From positions 486,406 through 550,405 of the forward strand of contig CAVTIA010000002.1 in the NCBI GenBank assembly GCA_963734635.1: a stretch of 64,000 nucleotides of DNA, in the 5' to 3' direction. The stretch comes from an uncultured Acidobacteriota bacterium. GTDB lineage: Bacteria > Acidobacteriota > Vicinamibacteria > Vicinamibacterales > UBA2999. The first letter of the stretch is position 1, and every line of letters begins with the position of its first letter. The position numbers were made by a program, and so were the translations under genes. Below, one piece after another: positions 22,871 through 33,028 of this stretch. The notes beneath the pieces are model-generated. The model made no database searches. It saw nothing but the letters and a program-made list of their open reading frames with translations, and was not told the origin of the DNA.

Positions 22871-24798
22871 ATGACAAGGCAATCTGCCGAACTACCACGC
22901 TCTGGTCGAGCTGTACATCAGCACGGTCATTACTGCTGGCATCCTCACTATTGCCTATTCGACTTGCGTCACTGATCAGTCAGCCGGTCGGTTGGGACTG
23001 GCTTACGCTGGCGGCGCTAACCGTTCTAACAGGCACGTTTAGCATCAAACTTCCTTCAGTTAGCGCGCGTCTCTCCGTTTCAGAAGCATTCGTATTCGCG
23101 GCTGTCCTCTTGTTCGGAGCACATGTCGCTACTGTGATAGTGGTGCTCGACTCGCTGGTTCTCGCGTTGTGGTTACGTCAGACCTAATCGTTCAGGCCTG
23201 CGCGTGCTCTTCAATATGGCCGCAGGTGCCGTGGCCATCGCCTCAGCGGCACAGGTCTTGGGATGGATGGTTCCCGTTCGACCTGCCGCCGCAGCACCGA
23301 TCGATCAACTCGGTCTTCCTGTTCTTCTCGCTTGCGATTTGCTATTTCGCGCTCAACACTGGCTCGTCGCCGTTGCCGTTGCCCATGAGCAAGCGGCATC
23401 GGCTAGCGATATATGGCGTCGAAATTTCTTGTGGTTCGGGCTCAACTATTTGGGAGGCGCATCCGTCGCATTGGTCCTTGTTGGCTACACACGAAACGTA
23501 AATGTCGCCGCGATCGGAATAATAGGTCCGCTGGTTGTTATTCTCTACCTTACGTTTCGACTGACATGGGCTCGAGTCGAGGACGCGGATCGACACGTCG
23601 CACAAGTGAATGAGCTTTATCTCTCCACCATCGAGGCACTCGCGATGGCGGTGGACGCGAAGGATCAGATCACCCATGGCCACATCCGACGCGTCGAGGT
23701 GTTCGCACTCGAGCTCGCCAAACGATTGGGCGTTAGCGAGGATCGGCACCTCAAGGCAATTGCGACGGCGGCGCTGCTCCACGACATGGGAAAACTTGCT
23801 ATTCCCGAGCACATTCTCAACAAGCCAGGAAAACTGACAACGGCGGAATTCGAGAAGATGAAGCGACACGCCGACATCGGCGCGGACCTGCTGTCATCAG
23901 TGAAATTTCCGTATCCCGTCGTCCCGATCGTGCGCCATCACCACGAGCACTGGGACGGTGGCGGCTACCCTGCCGGTATTTCCGGAACGGATATCCCACT
24001 GGGCGCTCGCATTTTGTCCGTCGTTGACTGTTTCGATGCGCTCACATCCGATCGTCCGTATCGGCCGCGATTGAGCACTGAGGAAGCATTCACAATCATC
24101 CGTGAAGCAAGAGGCAAGCTGTACGACCCGTTAGTAGTAGATACGTTCATCCGCGCGTACCGAGGACATTGGACCGCTTGCGATTCGCGCCGGCCAGGAA
24201 GCGCGCAGCTTCATGGAATCGACTGCGCTGTCGGACGACGAAACACCGCGGCCACTCAGGCAGATTCGAGCGAACGCATCCGAAGCCTTCCTGCTTGACA
24301 CATGCTCAACGGAGATCGCCAAGGCAGGCTCCGTGAATATGTCAGTCCAGATAGCGGGTCAGTACTTGCGGCAGCTCACCCCGGCCACCGTATACGCCTT
24401 GTTCATGTACGACAGTACCAGCTGACGTACTGACCTGTGTCAGCACCAGTGGAGACGAACAACGCTTGCTTGGCGCGCTGACAATTCGGCTGGGTGAGCG
24501 AGTGACCGGATGGACGGCAGCGAATCGCCGCACATCGGTCAATTCAAATGCCTCACTCGATCTTGTGGAGATAGCGGGCTTCTTTGTGCCGCGCCTGCGG
24601 AGCACAATTGCTACCCCGCTTGCTGACGGTGAAACGCTCGTCGGTGTACTTTCTGCCTACTCGAGTCAGCAGGATGCTTTCAGTGAAAGCCACCGTTATG
24701 CGTTCGAAAAAGTTGCATCCACGCTCGTCAGCAGGGTGTCACTCCCCGCGTTGAGCCCTTCCTCCAACGTCGTATCGTTCCGGGCGCAAAAAATCTGA
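22871..24798 (+). pseudogene. membrane-anchored HD-GYP phosphodiesterase with a C-terminal GAF domain, multiply frameshifted
   Basis: The pieces follow one another in successive +1 frames: MTRQ / LPNYHALVELYISTVITAGILTIAYS / PVGWDWLTLAALTVLTGTF..SVSEAFVFAAVLLFG..LALWLRQ / PNRSGLRVLFNMAAG...HGHIRRVE..LLHDMGK..HHEHWDGGGYP..DALTSDRPYR / ...AFLLDTCSTEIAKAG..ALFMYD / ..GALTIRLGERVTGW..TLVGVLSAYS. Junctions lie near 22885, 22985, 23181, 24200 and 24440. Confidence 0.75.
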
Positions 24799-24830
24799 CG
24801 TCGATCTCGAACAATTCGAAGAGGTCCGCG

Positions 24831-27564
24831 ATGAGCTTCACCTATGAAACAGCCGCGAGACTCTTTGGCGAAGGCGAATTCTTGCGGCTTATCGAGCTGT
24901 CAGGCGGAAACGAACAGGCTCGAATCGCCCTCGAGCCACGTCATCGCGTCATCGTTGCCAATGCACTGGCGCTGGTGGGCGAATTCGACGAAGCGCAGCG
25001 GCTCGCTGAACTGGATTGTGGTTCTCCCGCGGCGCCAGTGATCCGTTCGCAGGCCGAATGGACACTTGGCCTCGTCAGTTGGCGAACCGGACACATCTCC
25101 TCAGCCGTACAGCATGCTCGGACGGCACGTACGTCTTGCTCACGAATCAGCTGACGCCGAACGGATTGCCTGGGCTCTCCTGCACTTATTCAGGCTCAGC
25201 ATCCAATGCGGACCGATGGACGCGATTATGGCCGCACTACCAGAAGTGAGGAAGGCCGTAGCGCGTGCCGGCATATCGCGTGCCTCAGCATATCTACACA
25301 GCTGTGTTGCCGTACTCGAAGGACAAACTGGCCGTCTTGATGAAGCACGAAGACATCTGGACATCGCCGAATCCTTATTACACTTGGCGCCAAACGCCTG
25401 GTTGGCCGGCTTGGTGCAGATGGATCGCGGAGCGGTTGCAGGCCATAAGTGTGAGTTTGAACTTGCATACGATCACGTGCGTAATGCGAAGGAAATCGCC
25501 AGGCGCATCGGATACCAGCAGAATTCTGCTGGCGCCGATGCTCACGCTCGGCCATCTCCAGTTCCTAGTCGGTGAGTTCGATGAATCCAAACGCACACTT
25601 CTCACCTTAACAAATCACCCACGTGCGTCGATTTCCGTACGAAGCTGAGCGCGTTAGATAGTCTTGCAAGGGTACATTTGGCACTGGGGGAACTCGATCA
25701 ATGCGAGAACGCAGTAGGGGAGATCAATAAGCACGTCTCTAATTATCCTGGAAGCTGCCTCTATGTTTCAGGTGCGTCGAGCGGCCCTCGTGCGCGCACA
25801 GTTATTAGCTAAGAAAGGCTGCAGCGACGAAGCACTAAAATGCTTACAGACCGCACAATGAAATGGCCCGACAATTTCACGATGTTCCACTCGACGCCGC
25901 GGCGCAGCTGCAAATGGCCCAAGTCCTGGCGAAGGCCCGAGATTACAAAGCGGCATCACGTCGTTTGTTGGAGGCCGAGGGTCAAGAGATTACGACCATA
26001 CGTGAATTGCAAGCTTCTTACTACTACGGGGCTTCGCACGTATTGAGCGACCTCGAAATATCGCTCAAACAGCATCTTCACGATCGCGCACTTGCGCCTG
26101 TGGGCCGAGCAGGGATGGTGTCGGTCCGTTTTGAGATCGATGATTTTCCACTTCAGCACACGTCAGACAAGAGATACGCATCAAACGAACGCCTACACCG
26201 TCGAGTGCGTCACCGATTCATTAGCTGCATTCGTCGACCTCGCCTACCGGCCACGCCTGTTGGGTGAAGAGATGCTCTCGGCTATCGACGGCCTGGCGTG
26301 CAGCCCCGCCTCCAAGGTGATCGAAACGCGACCTGATGCCGAATCGCCCAAGGCTGAGAATGACACCGTTACTCTGCCTCTGGGCACGGATCGCGGAAAA
26401 AGGAATCTGACGCTGGTGTGCAAAGTGCCGGACGACCCCGTCAAGGCCGTCCTGCTCGCCGATGTGCTTCGAATTGGCCGGGCCGCTATAGCGCTCGAGC
26501 GTGCGCGTGAAGAGGAACGCAGCCGCGCAGCATTGTGGCCGGCGCCGCCGATCGAGGAGCAGGCAGGTGCGTTGTTTCTCGCCGAGGAGATGCAGACCAT
26601 TCTGGCGACTGCCCGCCGCGTCGCGCCTACAACCGCGCCGGTTCTCATTACCGGTGAAACCGGTACGGGCAAAGAAGTCGTCGCCCGCACCATTCATGCC
26701 TATTCGAATCGCGCGTCGGCAACATTTCGTCCGTTCAACTGCAGCAGCGTTCCGAAAGAGATGCTGGATTCGCAGCTGTTCGGCCACCGCAAGGGGTCTT
26801 TTACAGGCGCGAGCGAGCACTTCCCCGGAGTCATCCGATCGGCCGCAGGCGGCACGTTGTTCCTGGACGAGATCGGTGAGACCACGCTCGAAGTCCAGCC
26901 GAAACTGCTCCGATTTCTCGAGTCGAACGAGGTGCACCCGATAGGCGAGGTACAGGCGGTGCGCGCGGACGTCCGGATCATCGCCGCCACGAACACGGAC
27001 CTCGACATGCTCGTCACACAGGGGCGGTTCCGGGAAGACCTCTTCTACCGCCTGGACATTGTGCGGCTACGCCTGCCGCCACTCCGTGAGCGTCGCGTCG
27101 AAATTCCACCGCTGGCGCACCACTACCTTCACAAGCATGCCCAGGAATACGGCAAGGGCACCCTGCGGCTGGCTGAAGAGACGATGGAGTACCTGGTGCT
27201 GTATCGGTGGCCCGGCAATGTCAGACAACTGGCCAATGAGATGCGCCGCATGGCGGCACTTGCCGAGACCGACGCCGTGCTGATGCCGGAGCACCTTTCC
27301 GGCGAAATCGCCGCCTCGCGCCGCACTGTTCCCGCATCGCAGCGGTCCCTCGATGCCAGCGAGGTCGTTGTCCGGATGGACCAGCCGCTTCCCGCAGCCG
27401 TTCAACACCTCGAGTGCGCGATGATTCAGCACGCGATGCGCATAACGGGCGGCCGACTCGAGGAGACAGCCGCGATGCTCGGATTGTCCCGGAAGGGTCT
27501 GTATCTGAAGCGGGTTCGTTACGGCTTGGAGTCTGTCACCGAAGCCGCCGCGGGCGGCTCTTGA
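24831..27564 (+). pseudogene. sigma-54-dependent transcriptional activator (AAA+ EBP with Fis-type HTH) with a long TPR-like N-terminal region; the N-terminal half is multiply frameshifted
   Basis: The intact 3' ORF 26092..27564 carries GETGTGKE (Walker A), KGSFTGA (a GAFTGA-loop variant), GGTLFLDEIGE, RIIAATN, FREDLFYRL and a C-terminal LGLSRKGLYLKRVRYGL. The upstream helical-repeat pieces (e.g. ALDSLARVHLALGELDQCENAVGEI) are spread over at least six frame changes between 25100 and 26100. Confidence 0.8.
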
Positions 27565-28066
27565 GGTTCAGCGCAATAGCTGCTCGGATCAGGTCCGTCA
27601 ATGCACCCTCGTCGATCGTGTCGGTTTCGTGGATGTCGATGGCGCGTCTGACATTCCCCTCAAGACTGGAGTTGAACAGTCCTGAAGGATCCTGCAAAGA
27701 CGCTCCCTTGGCGAAGGTCAGTTTGACCACGTTCTTGTAGGTCTCACCAGTACAGATATTGCCGTGATGGGACCAGACAGGAGTCCCCATCCATTTCCAC
27801 TCCTCGACTATCTCCGGGTCCGCCTGCTTGATGAGGCGGCGCACTTTATCGAGCGTCGTTCCTCGCCAATCACCCAGCTCTCTAATCCTTCTGTCAATCA
27901 GTTTGGAAGCGGCTTCCCCGCCTTTCGCGGCGCCTTTCGCGGCGCCTTTCTCTTTGTCGGGGGACGGGCGCTTGGCCCCTTTTGCAGCTACACGCCTGGC
28001 TCCAGCCTTCTTTGCGACCGCGACCCTTGCGGACTTCCTGGATGTCGTCTTGGCCATTGTGTTCAC
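27536..28066 (-). CDS. DUF1801 (YdhG-like) domain protein with a Lys/Ala-rich N-terminal tail
   Basis: The core reads WRGTTLDKVRRLIKQADPEIVEEWKWMGTPVWSHHGNICTGETYKNVVKLTF. The first 55 aa or so are AKKAGARRVAAKGAKRP..KGAAKGAAKG. Confidence 0.65.
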   Translation of the reverse strand: MNTMAKTTSRKSARVAVAKKAGARRVAAKGAKRPSPDKEKGAAKGAAKGGEAASKLIDRRIRELGDWRGTTLDKVRRLIKQADPEIVEEWKWMGTPVWSHHGNICTGETYKNVVKLTFAKGASLQDPSGLFNSSLEGNVRRAIDIHETDTIDEGALTDLIRAAIALNLKSRPRRLR

Positions 28067-28183
28067 TCCAACTGATGACTCATATATTCAACGCAATCTC
28101 CGTAAACACCACGTCAACCGATTGCGCATCCCGGTGGAGCGGATGAGACAGTGGCAAAGGCAATCCGAAGCGCGACAGGGACC

Positions 28184-28203
28184 GCGCAGGCTAAAGCCTG
28201 CGC
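28184..28203. repeat. REP-like stem-loop, family B (GCGCAGGC-TAAA-GCCTGCGC)
   Basis: Perfect 8-bp stem read directly, just downstream of the PrpF-like stop. Confidence 0.85.
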
Positions 28204-28214
28204 GCTACGAAAAA

Positions 28215-29418
28215 CTAAAGCCCGGAGACCGCCGGGCGGGCGACGGACCCGTGCGGCAGGGGTTGCGGCACGAGACTCTCCGGTACCCACACCTCTCCGC
28301 TCATGATCCGGCGCGCGGTGCGCGCAACAGTGGCGCTCATCACGTGCGGCTGGCCGTCCACGTTGCGCACGCTCACACGGACCTCCAGGATGCCGGCAGG
28401 ATGGCCGATGCGGAAGCACGACGGATTCGAACTTGCCGCCCGAGGCACATTCGTGCACGAGCGTGCCGGGAATGCACGCGGCCACCGCCGTACAGATCGA
28501 CGCGCCTCCCGCATACGCGCGGTGCGCCGTCTGCATCGACATCAGCCGCGCGTGCACATCGTGTGTGCCGGCCGTCAGCACATCGCCCGACGAGGTGGTA
28601 TACGCCACCGGCGGCGACACGAAGGCCACCTTCGGCAGGCCCGGGCTGACGCTCGTCGCCACCGTGCGATCCGGTACGATGCCGAGGACCTCGGCGGCAA
28701 TCGATCGGATTTCCTCCAGTACCCCCGTGGCCGCGGAGTGCGCGTCGAGGGCGGCCGGAAGCTCCGTGCCGGTCAGTCCAAGCGCTGACGCGGCACAGAA
28801 CACCACGGGATTGGCCGCGTCCACGATCGAAACCTCGATCGTGCGCCCGTTTGCCAGCAGAAACCGATCCCGCGCATGTCCGGTAGGAAGAGTGCGGCCC
28901 GTCGTCGACCCGCCCGGCTCGAGCCACTCCAGGTCGATTCGCGCGGCGCGACCATTTACACCGGCGATTTCATAGTCGCCGTCAGTGCAGACGCGACCGT
29001 TGCGCACGGGCACGTGCGAATGCACCAGCACGCCCGTGTTCACGCTTCGAATGCGAACGGTCGTAATCGGCTCCACCGGGCGCACCAGGCCCGACTCGAT
29101 CGCAAAGGGCCCGACGGCGGACGTCATGTTGCCGCAGTTGCCGCCCCAGTCCACCGTCGGCGCGGAGACGCCGACCTGCGCAAACAGCATGTGGACGTCG
29201 ATATCCGGTGCCGCGTCGCCACCTACGATCATGGCCTTGCTGGTGAGAGAGGTGCCGCCGCCAATTCCGTCGATCTGCCGGCCGTCCGGCGAGCCAAACG
29301 CGCGCAGCAACACTTGCGCAATCGCCTCGCGCGGATACGGCAGAGCCGATTCGAGAAACAGCAAGCCGCGGCTCGTGCCGCCTCGATACAACACGCACGG
29401 GATTGAAATGTCTGCCAT
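28215..29418 (-). pseudogene. PrpF / methylitaconate isomerase-family protein, single frameshift near 28417
   Basis: MADISIPCVLYRGGTSRGLLF...GGGTSLTSK...WGGNCGNMTSAVGPFA are PrpF motifs. The C-terminal FRIGHPAGILEVRVSV...TARRIMSGEVWVP is in the adjacent frame (ORF 28215..28514). Confidence 0.8.
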
Positions 29419-29468
29419 TGGTGAAGTCGCGGTCCAGTTTACAATGCAACGCTCACCAGGGAGGCGCA

Positions 29469-30941
29469 GTGATCGGACAGACACCACAGACGATCGACAG
29501 CGTGTTGCCGCGTGCACCACAGCGCAGCCTCTTCGTGAGTACGGGAATTCCCTTAGTCGTCGGCGTTGTCATCGCTCTCCTGCCTGTTCCTGCGAACCTC
29601 TCTCCCGAGGCGTGGCGGTATTTCGCGCTCTTTTCCGCCGTGATCATCGGCATCATCACGGAACCGATTCCACCCGCAGCGGTGGGGCTCACCGGTGTCG
29701 TCCTGGCTGCGGCGCTCGGCCTCGTCGGTGCCACACCCGCCGCATCGGCAGGCTGGGCGCTCAGCGGATTCGGCAACACCACGGTCTGGCTGATCTTCGC
29801 TGCTTACATGTTCGCGCTCGGCTACGCGCAGACCGGCCTCGGCAAGCGAATCGCGCTGCAGCTCATTCGCGTGCTGGGATCGAAGACGCTGGGGCTCGCC
29901 TACGCCATCACGCTCGCCGACTTGCTGCTCGCGCCGTTCACCCCGTCGATCACGGCGCGCTCCGGCGGCACCATCTACCCGGTCATCCGCAGCATCCCGG
30001 AGCTGTACGGCTCACGCGCATACGACCCCAGCGCACGAAAGATCGGGTCGTATCTCCTTTACACGGCCACCTCGACGACGCTGATCACCGGCAGCATGTT
30101 CATCACGGCGCTTGCGCCGAACGCGCTGGCGATTGGCTTCATCGCCGAGGGCACGGGACTGCAGATCTCCTGGTGGGACTGGTTCCGCGGATTCGCGCCG
30201 GTGGGGTTCGTCCTGCTCGCGATCGTTCCCGCGCTCCTCTATCGCATCTATCCTCCGGAAATCAGGGAAGCGCCAGAGGCGCCGCGGTGGGCGGCCGCGG
30301 AGCTGAGCGCGATGGGACCGATCAGCCGCAGGGAGATCCTCCTGCTCGTTCTCGTCACCCTCGCCCTCATGCTGTGGATCGGCGCCGCCGAACACATCGA
30401 GCCGGCCATGGCGGCCATTCTCGTCACGGTACTGATGGTGATGCTCCGCGTTGTCTCGTGGAACGACGTGATCGGCTACTCGCAGGCGTGGAACGTGCTG
30501 ATCTGGTTTGCCACGCTCGTGACGCTGGCCGGCGGCCTGTCAGAGACGAAGTTCGTCCCCTGGCTCGCCGACTCGATTGCCCCCTCGCTCAGCCAGCTCG
30601 GCACCACCGCCAGCATCGTCGCGGTGGTCGCGGTCTTCTACGTGCTGCACTACTTTTTCGCGAGCATCACCGCGCACGCGGCAACGCTGTTTCCGGTGTT
30701 TCTCGGCATCGCGCTGACCATTCCCGCCGTGTCGCCGATGCAATGGGCGCTGCTCCTCGCCTACTCGCTCGGACTGATGGGCATCCTGACGCCGTACGGA
30801 GGCGGGCACCAGGCCATCTACTACGGCAGCGGGTTCATCCCGAGGCGCGACTTCTGGATATTGGGACTGATCCTGGGCGTGGTGTATTTCGTGGTTTACC
30901 TGGTTGTCATCATCCCGTGGCTTCGGTTCTTGGGGTTCTAG
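29469..30941 (+). CDS. DASS/SLC13-type anion (di/tricarboxylate) permease
   Basis: About 490 aa and very hydrophobic, with the two-fold repeat architecture of this family. GTG start at 29469, shortly after a GGAGG. It is divergent from the PrpF-like gene. Family assignment is by overall pattern only. Confidence 0.7.
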   Translation: MIGQTPQTIDSVLPRAPQRSLFVSTGIPLVVGVVIALLPVPANLSPEAWRYFALFSAVIIGIITEPIPPAAVGLTGVVLAAALGLVGATPAASAGWALSGFGNTTVWLIFAAYMFALGYAQTGLGKRIALQLIRVLGSKTLGLAYAITLADLLLAPFTPSITARSGGTIYPVIRSIPELYGSRAYDPSARKIGSYLLYTATSTTLITGSMFITALAPNALAIGFIAEGTGLQISWWDWFRGFAPVGFVLLAIVPALLYRIYPPEIREAPEAPRWAAAELSAMGPISRREILLLVLVTLALMLWIGAAEHIEPAMAAILVTVLMVMLRVVSWNDVIGYSQAWNVLIWFATLVTLAGGLSETKFVPWLADSIAPSLSQLGTTASIVAVVAVFYVLHYFFASITAHAATLFPVFLGIALTIPAVSPMQWALLLAYSLGLMGILTPYGGGHQAIYYGSGFIPRRDFWILGLILGVVYFVVYLVVIIPWLRFLGF

Positions 30942-30950
30942 TGCGCGGGC

Positions 30951-31010
30951 TGCGCAGGCTGAAGCCTGCGCACCACGACGTTGTACGTAGTGTCCCGGCT
31001 TCAGCCGGAC
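30951..31010. repeat. REP-like stem-loops: one family B copy plus one inverted family A copy
   Basis: tgcgcaggctgaagcctgcgca (30951-30972) and gtacgtagtgtcccggcttcagccggac (30983-31010). Confidence 0.85.
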
Positions 31011-31101
31011 CTTCACGGCATACAATGAGCGCGCCGGCCCGGCACATCAATCCTGGAAGTTTTCGATGCATTTGTCATCACGTTGAGATGAGGAGGACAT
31101 C

Positions 31102-31587
31102 GTGCGTTACACATCGATCCTGATGCTGATCTATTTCGTCGGTGCGGCAGTCGCGCTGGACGCACAGGCCCTGACCCGGCGCGACATGTCCCTGCAGATC
31201 GCGCGCGCGTTGGCCGACGCCTCCATTGCGTGCGCCAAGCAGGATGGGTATGACGTATCGGTCGCCGTCGTCGACCGCGCGGGCGATCTCACGCTCCTCA
31301 TGCGCGGAGACCAGGCGAATCCCCACAATGCCGAGCTCGCGCGGCGAAAGGCGTATACCGCCCGGACCTATGGCGTCTCGACGATGGAATTCCGGAATCG
31401 CACCAACGGAACCGACCTCGCAGGACAGCGTGAACTGGTGGACATTATTCCGCTCGGTGGCGGCTTGCCTGTGATGGCCGGCAACGACCGTATCGGCGGG
31501 CTTGGATTGAGCGGAGCGCCGACGCAGGAAGCCGACGACAAGTGCGCCGCGCAGGCGCTCAAGAGTGTCGCGGCGACGTTGAAATAA
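31102..31587 (+). CDS. GlcG/HbpS-like (DUF336) heme-binding family protein, secreted
   Basis: VSVAVVDRAGDLTLLMRGD...AELARRKAYTA...PLGGGLPV...IGGLGLSGAPTQEADDKCA. AGGAGG lies 5 nt before the GTG start. Confidence 0.75.
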   Translation: MRYTSILMLIYFVGAAVALDAQALTRRDMSLQIARALADASIACAKQDGYDVSVAVVDRAGDLTLLMRGDQANPHNAELARRKAYTARTYGVSTMEFRNRTNGTDLAGQRELVDIIPLGGGLPVMAGNDRIGGLGLSGAPTQEADDKCAAQALKSVAATLK

Positions 31588-31690
31588 GAACAGGAATTGA
31601 CGGATTGACCGAATTTACGGATTTACGAATTGATCGTGCAACTTGAATACGTCAATCCGTAAACTCGCAAATTCGTCAATTCGTTGTTGA

Positions 31691-32635
31691 TTACGGCTTA
31701 CACCGGTCCGTTCCCAGTCCACCGCCCTCAGCAGTACCCACGTCGCGGTACACCTTGTGGCAGTTCGCGCACGCGTCGTTCAACTTCTCGGACATTCCGC
31801 TCAGCGCATCCTGATTGCGGCTCTGGGACGTCTTGTAAAGCTCGCGTGACAGAGCGACGAGCTCCTGGGTGAATTTCTGGTAATCCGCGTTCTGAATGGG
31901 CACCGGCCTCCCGTTCTCGCAGCGCCGGCCCGGCACCATGAACATGGGCGTCGTCTCGATGAGCGCGAGCGCCGCCTGGTCCACCGCCTGCCAGCCGTAG
32001 TACACGGTGGCTCCCCACAGGACGTAGTCGAACGGCACAGGGTTTACCGGTTTTGTCGCACCCGGGTCCTTGACTTGCGTGTTGAAGATGATGTTCGCGT
32101 TCGGAAAGGTCACACCCCGCATGAACTGCGCGAGATTCGCCGTTGAAGTGAGCGTCACTCCTCCTGCACCTGCAGTCGTTGCCGCAGGGCGCGAGGCTGG
32201 GAAGGTGGTCGTCTTCAACCCAGCGTCGGCAAGCGCCGTCGAGCCCGCTTTGAAGTTGCCCACCTGAAGCATGTATGCGGCGAGATCAATCGTCTGCGGC
32301 CGCATGAGGGAACCCGGAGCTTGCAGCGGCATCGTGTTCTGAATCTTGTCCGCCAGCTCCGCCAACGAACGTCCGCCCCACGCGGCGACAAATCCCTCGC
32401 CAGCGAGCATCGGCCCGATGACACCCTCGAGCTTCTCGCCGTGACATGCAGCGCACTGCGCCTTGTACAGCGCCGCTCCGCGCTGCGCCTGTTCTGCTGA
32501 GTAAACGCCGTCTGCCACCGTTCGTGCCTGCTGCGCATGGCCGGTGAGCGCGAACGCAGCCCCGAGCGCAAAGGCGGCCAGCGAGCGCCGCCGAGCGTGC
32601 CGCGAGACGATTGCCCGCCCCGTTACATTACGCAT
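31691..32635 (-). CDS. secreted di-heme c-type cytochrome
   Basis: Two CxxCH motifs: CAACHGEKLEG near the N-terminus and CANCHKVY near the C-terminus. A signal-like N-terminus is present. Confidence 0.75.
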   Translation of the reverse strand: MRNVTGRAIVSRHARRRSLAAFALGAAFALTGHAQQARTVADGVYSAEQAQRGAALYKAQCAACHGEKLEGVIGPMLAGEGFVAAWGGRSLAELADKIQNTMPLQAPGSLMRPQTIDLAAYMLQVGNFKAGSTALADAGLKTTTFPASRPAATTAGAGGVTLTSTANLAQFMRGVTFPNANIIFNTQVKDPGATKPVNPVPFDYVLWGATVYYGWQAVDQAALALIETTPMFMVPGRRCENGRPVPIQNADYQKFTQELVALSRELYKTSQSRNQDALSGMSEKLNDACANCHKVYRDVGTAEGGGLGTDRCKP

Positions 32636-32838
32636 GTCCTGTCCTCCGAAATCTCCGTAAATGCTGGCGTTTCTTTAAAAAAACAGGATCGCGATTATAC
32701 AGGACTTTCAGCATACAATTCGCCTCCGACGCGCCTCGGGGCGCGTCCGGTTCGCGCGCGGCGCGTGCGAAAAAATCCGCACACGTCGGTGATACGATCA
32801 CCCGCTCAATATCGGCGATCGACGTTGGGAGGGCCAGC

Positions 32839-33027
32839 ATGCGGGCGTCCTTATTCTTCCTGCTGACCGCAGCCACGATGGTGAAGGACGCTGCCATCGC
32901 CTGCGCGATGGATCCAATGGATGCCTGCTCGGCTTCCTCACACCTATGCACGGCGACGCCGCGCGGAGCCATGGCGTCGAGAAGGAATGGATTAATCAGC
33001 CCGAAGAGTCCTCAGGAGGACAACTGA
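32839..33027 (+). CDS. possible small secreted Cys-containing peptide (62 aa) immediately upstream of TonB-dependent receptor 1
   Basis: GGGAGGG lies 5 nt before the ATG. The N-terminus MRASLFFLLTAATMV is hydrophobic. A hand count of third-position GC gives about 74%. The stop lies 1 nt before the receptor ATG. No homology was recognised, so it may be non-coding leader. Confidence 0.3.
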   Translation: MRASLFFLLTAATMVKDAAIACAMDPMDACSASSHLCTATPRGAMASRRNGLISPKSPQEDN

Positions 33028-33028
33028 C

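Noticed and set aside
28215-30941. PrpF-like isomerase plus divergent DASS permease as a novel system
   Set aside because: The pairing of a PrpF/methylitaconate isomerase-family enzyme with a carboxylate transporter is a familiar organic-acid utilisation arrangement.
28985-31123. 712-aa ORF on the plus strand
   Set aside because: It runs antisense through the PrpF-like gene and out of frame through the DASS permease gene. The translation is Arg/His/Pro-rich with no motifs.
32636-32838. Cobalamin or TPP riboswitch ahead of a TonB-dependent receptor
   Set aside because: I could not find the B12 box or the conserved TPP-binding core sequences by eye. A covariance-model scan is still advisable.
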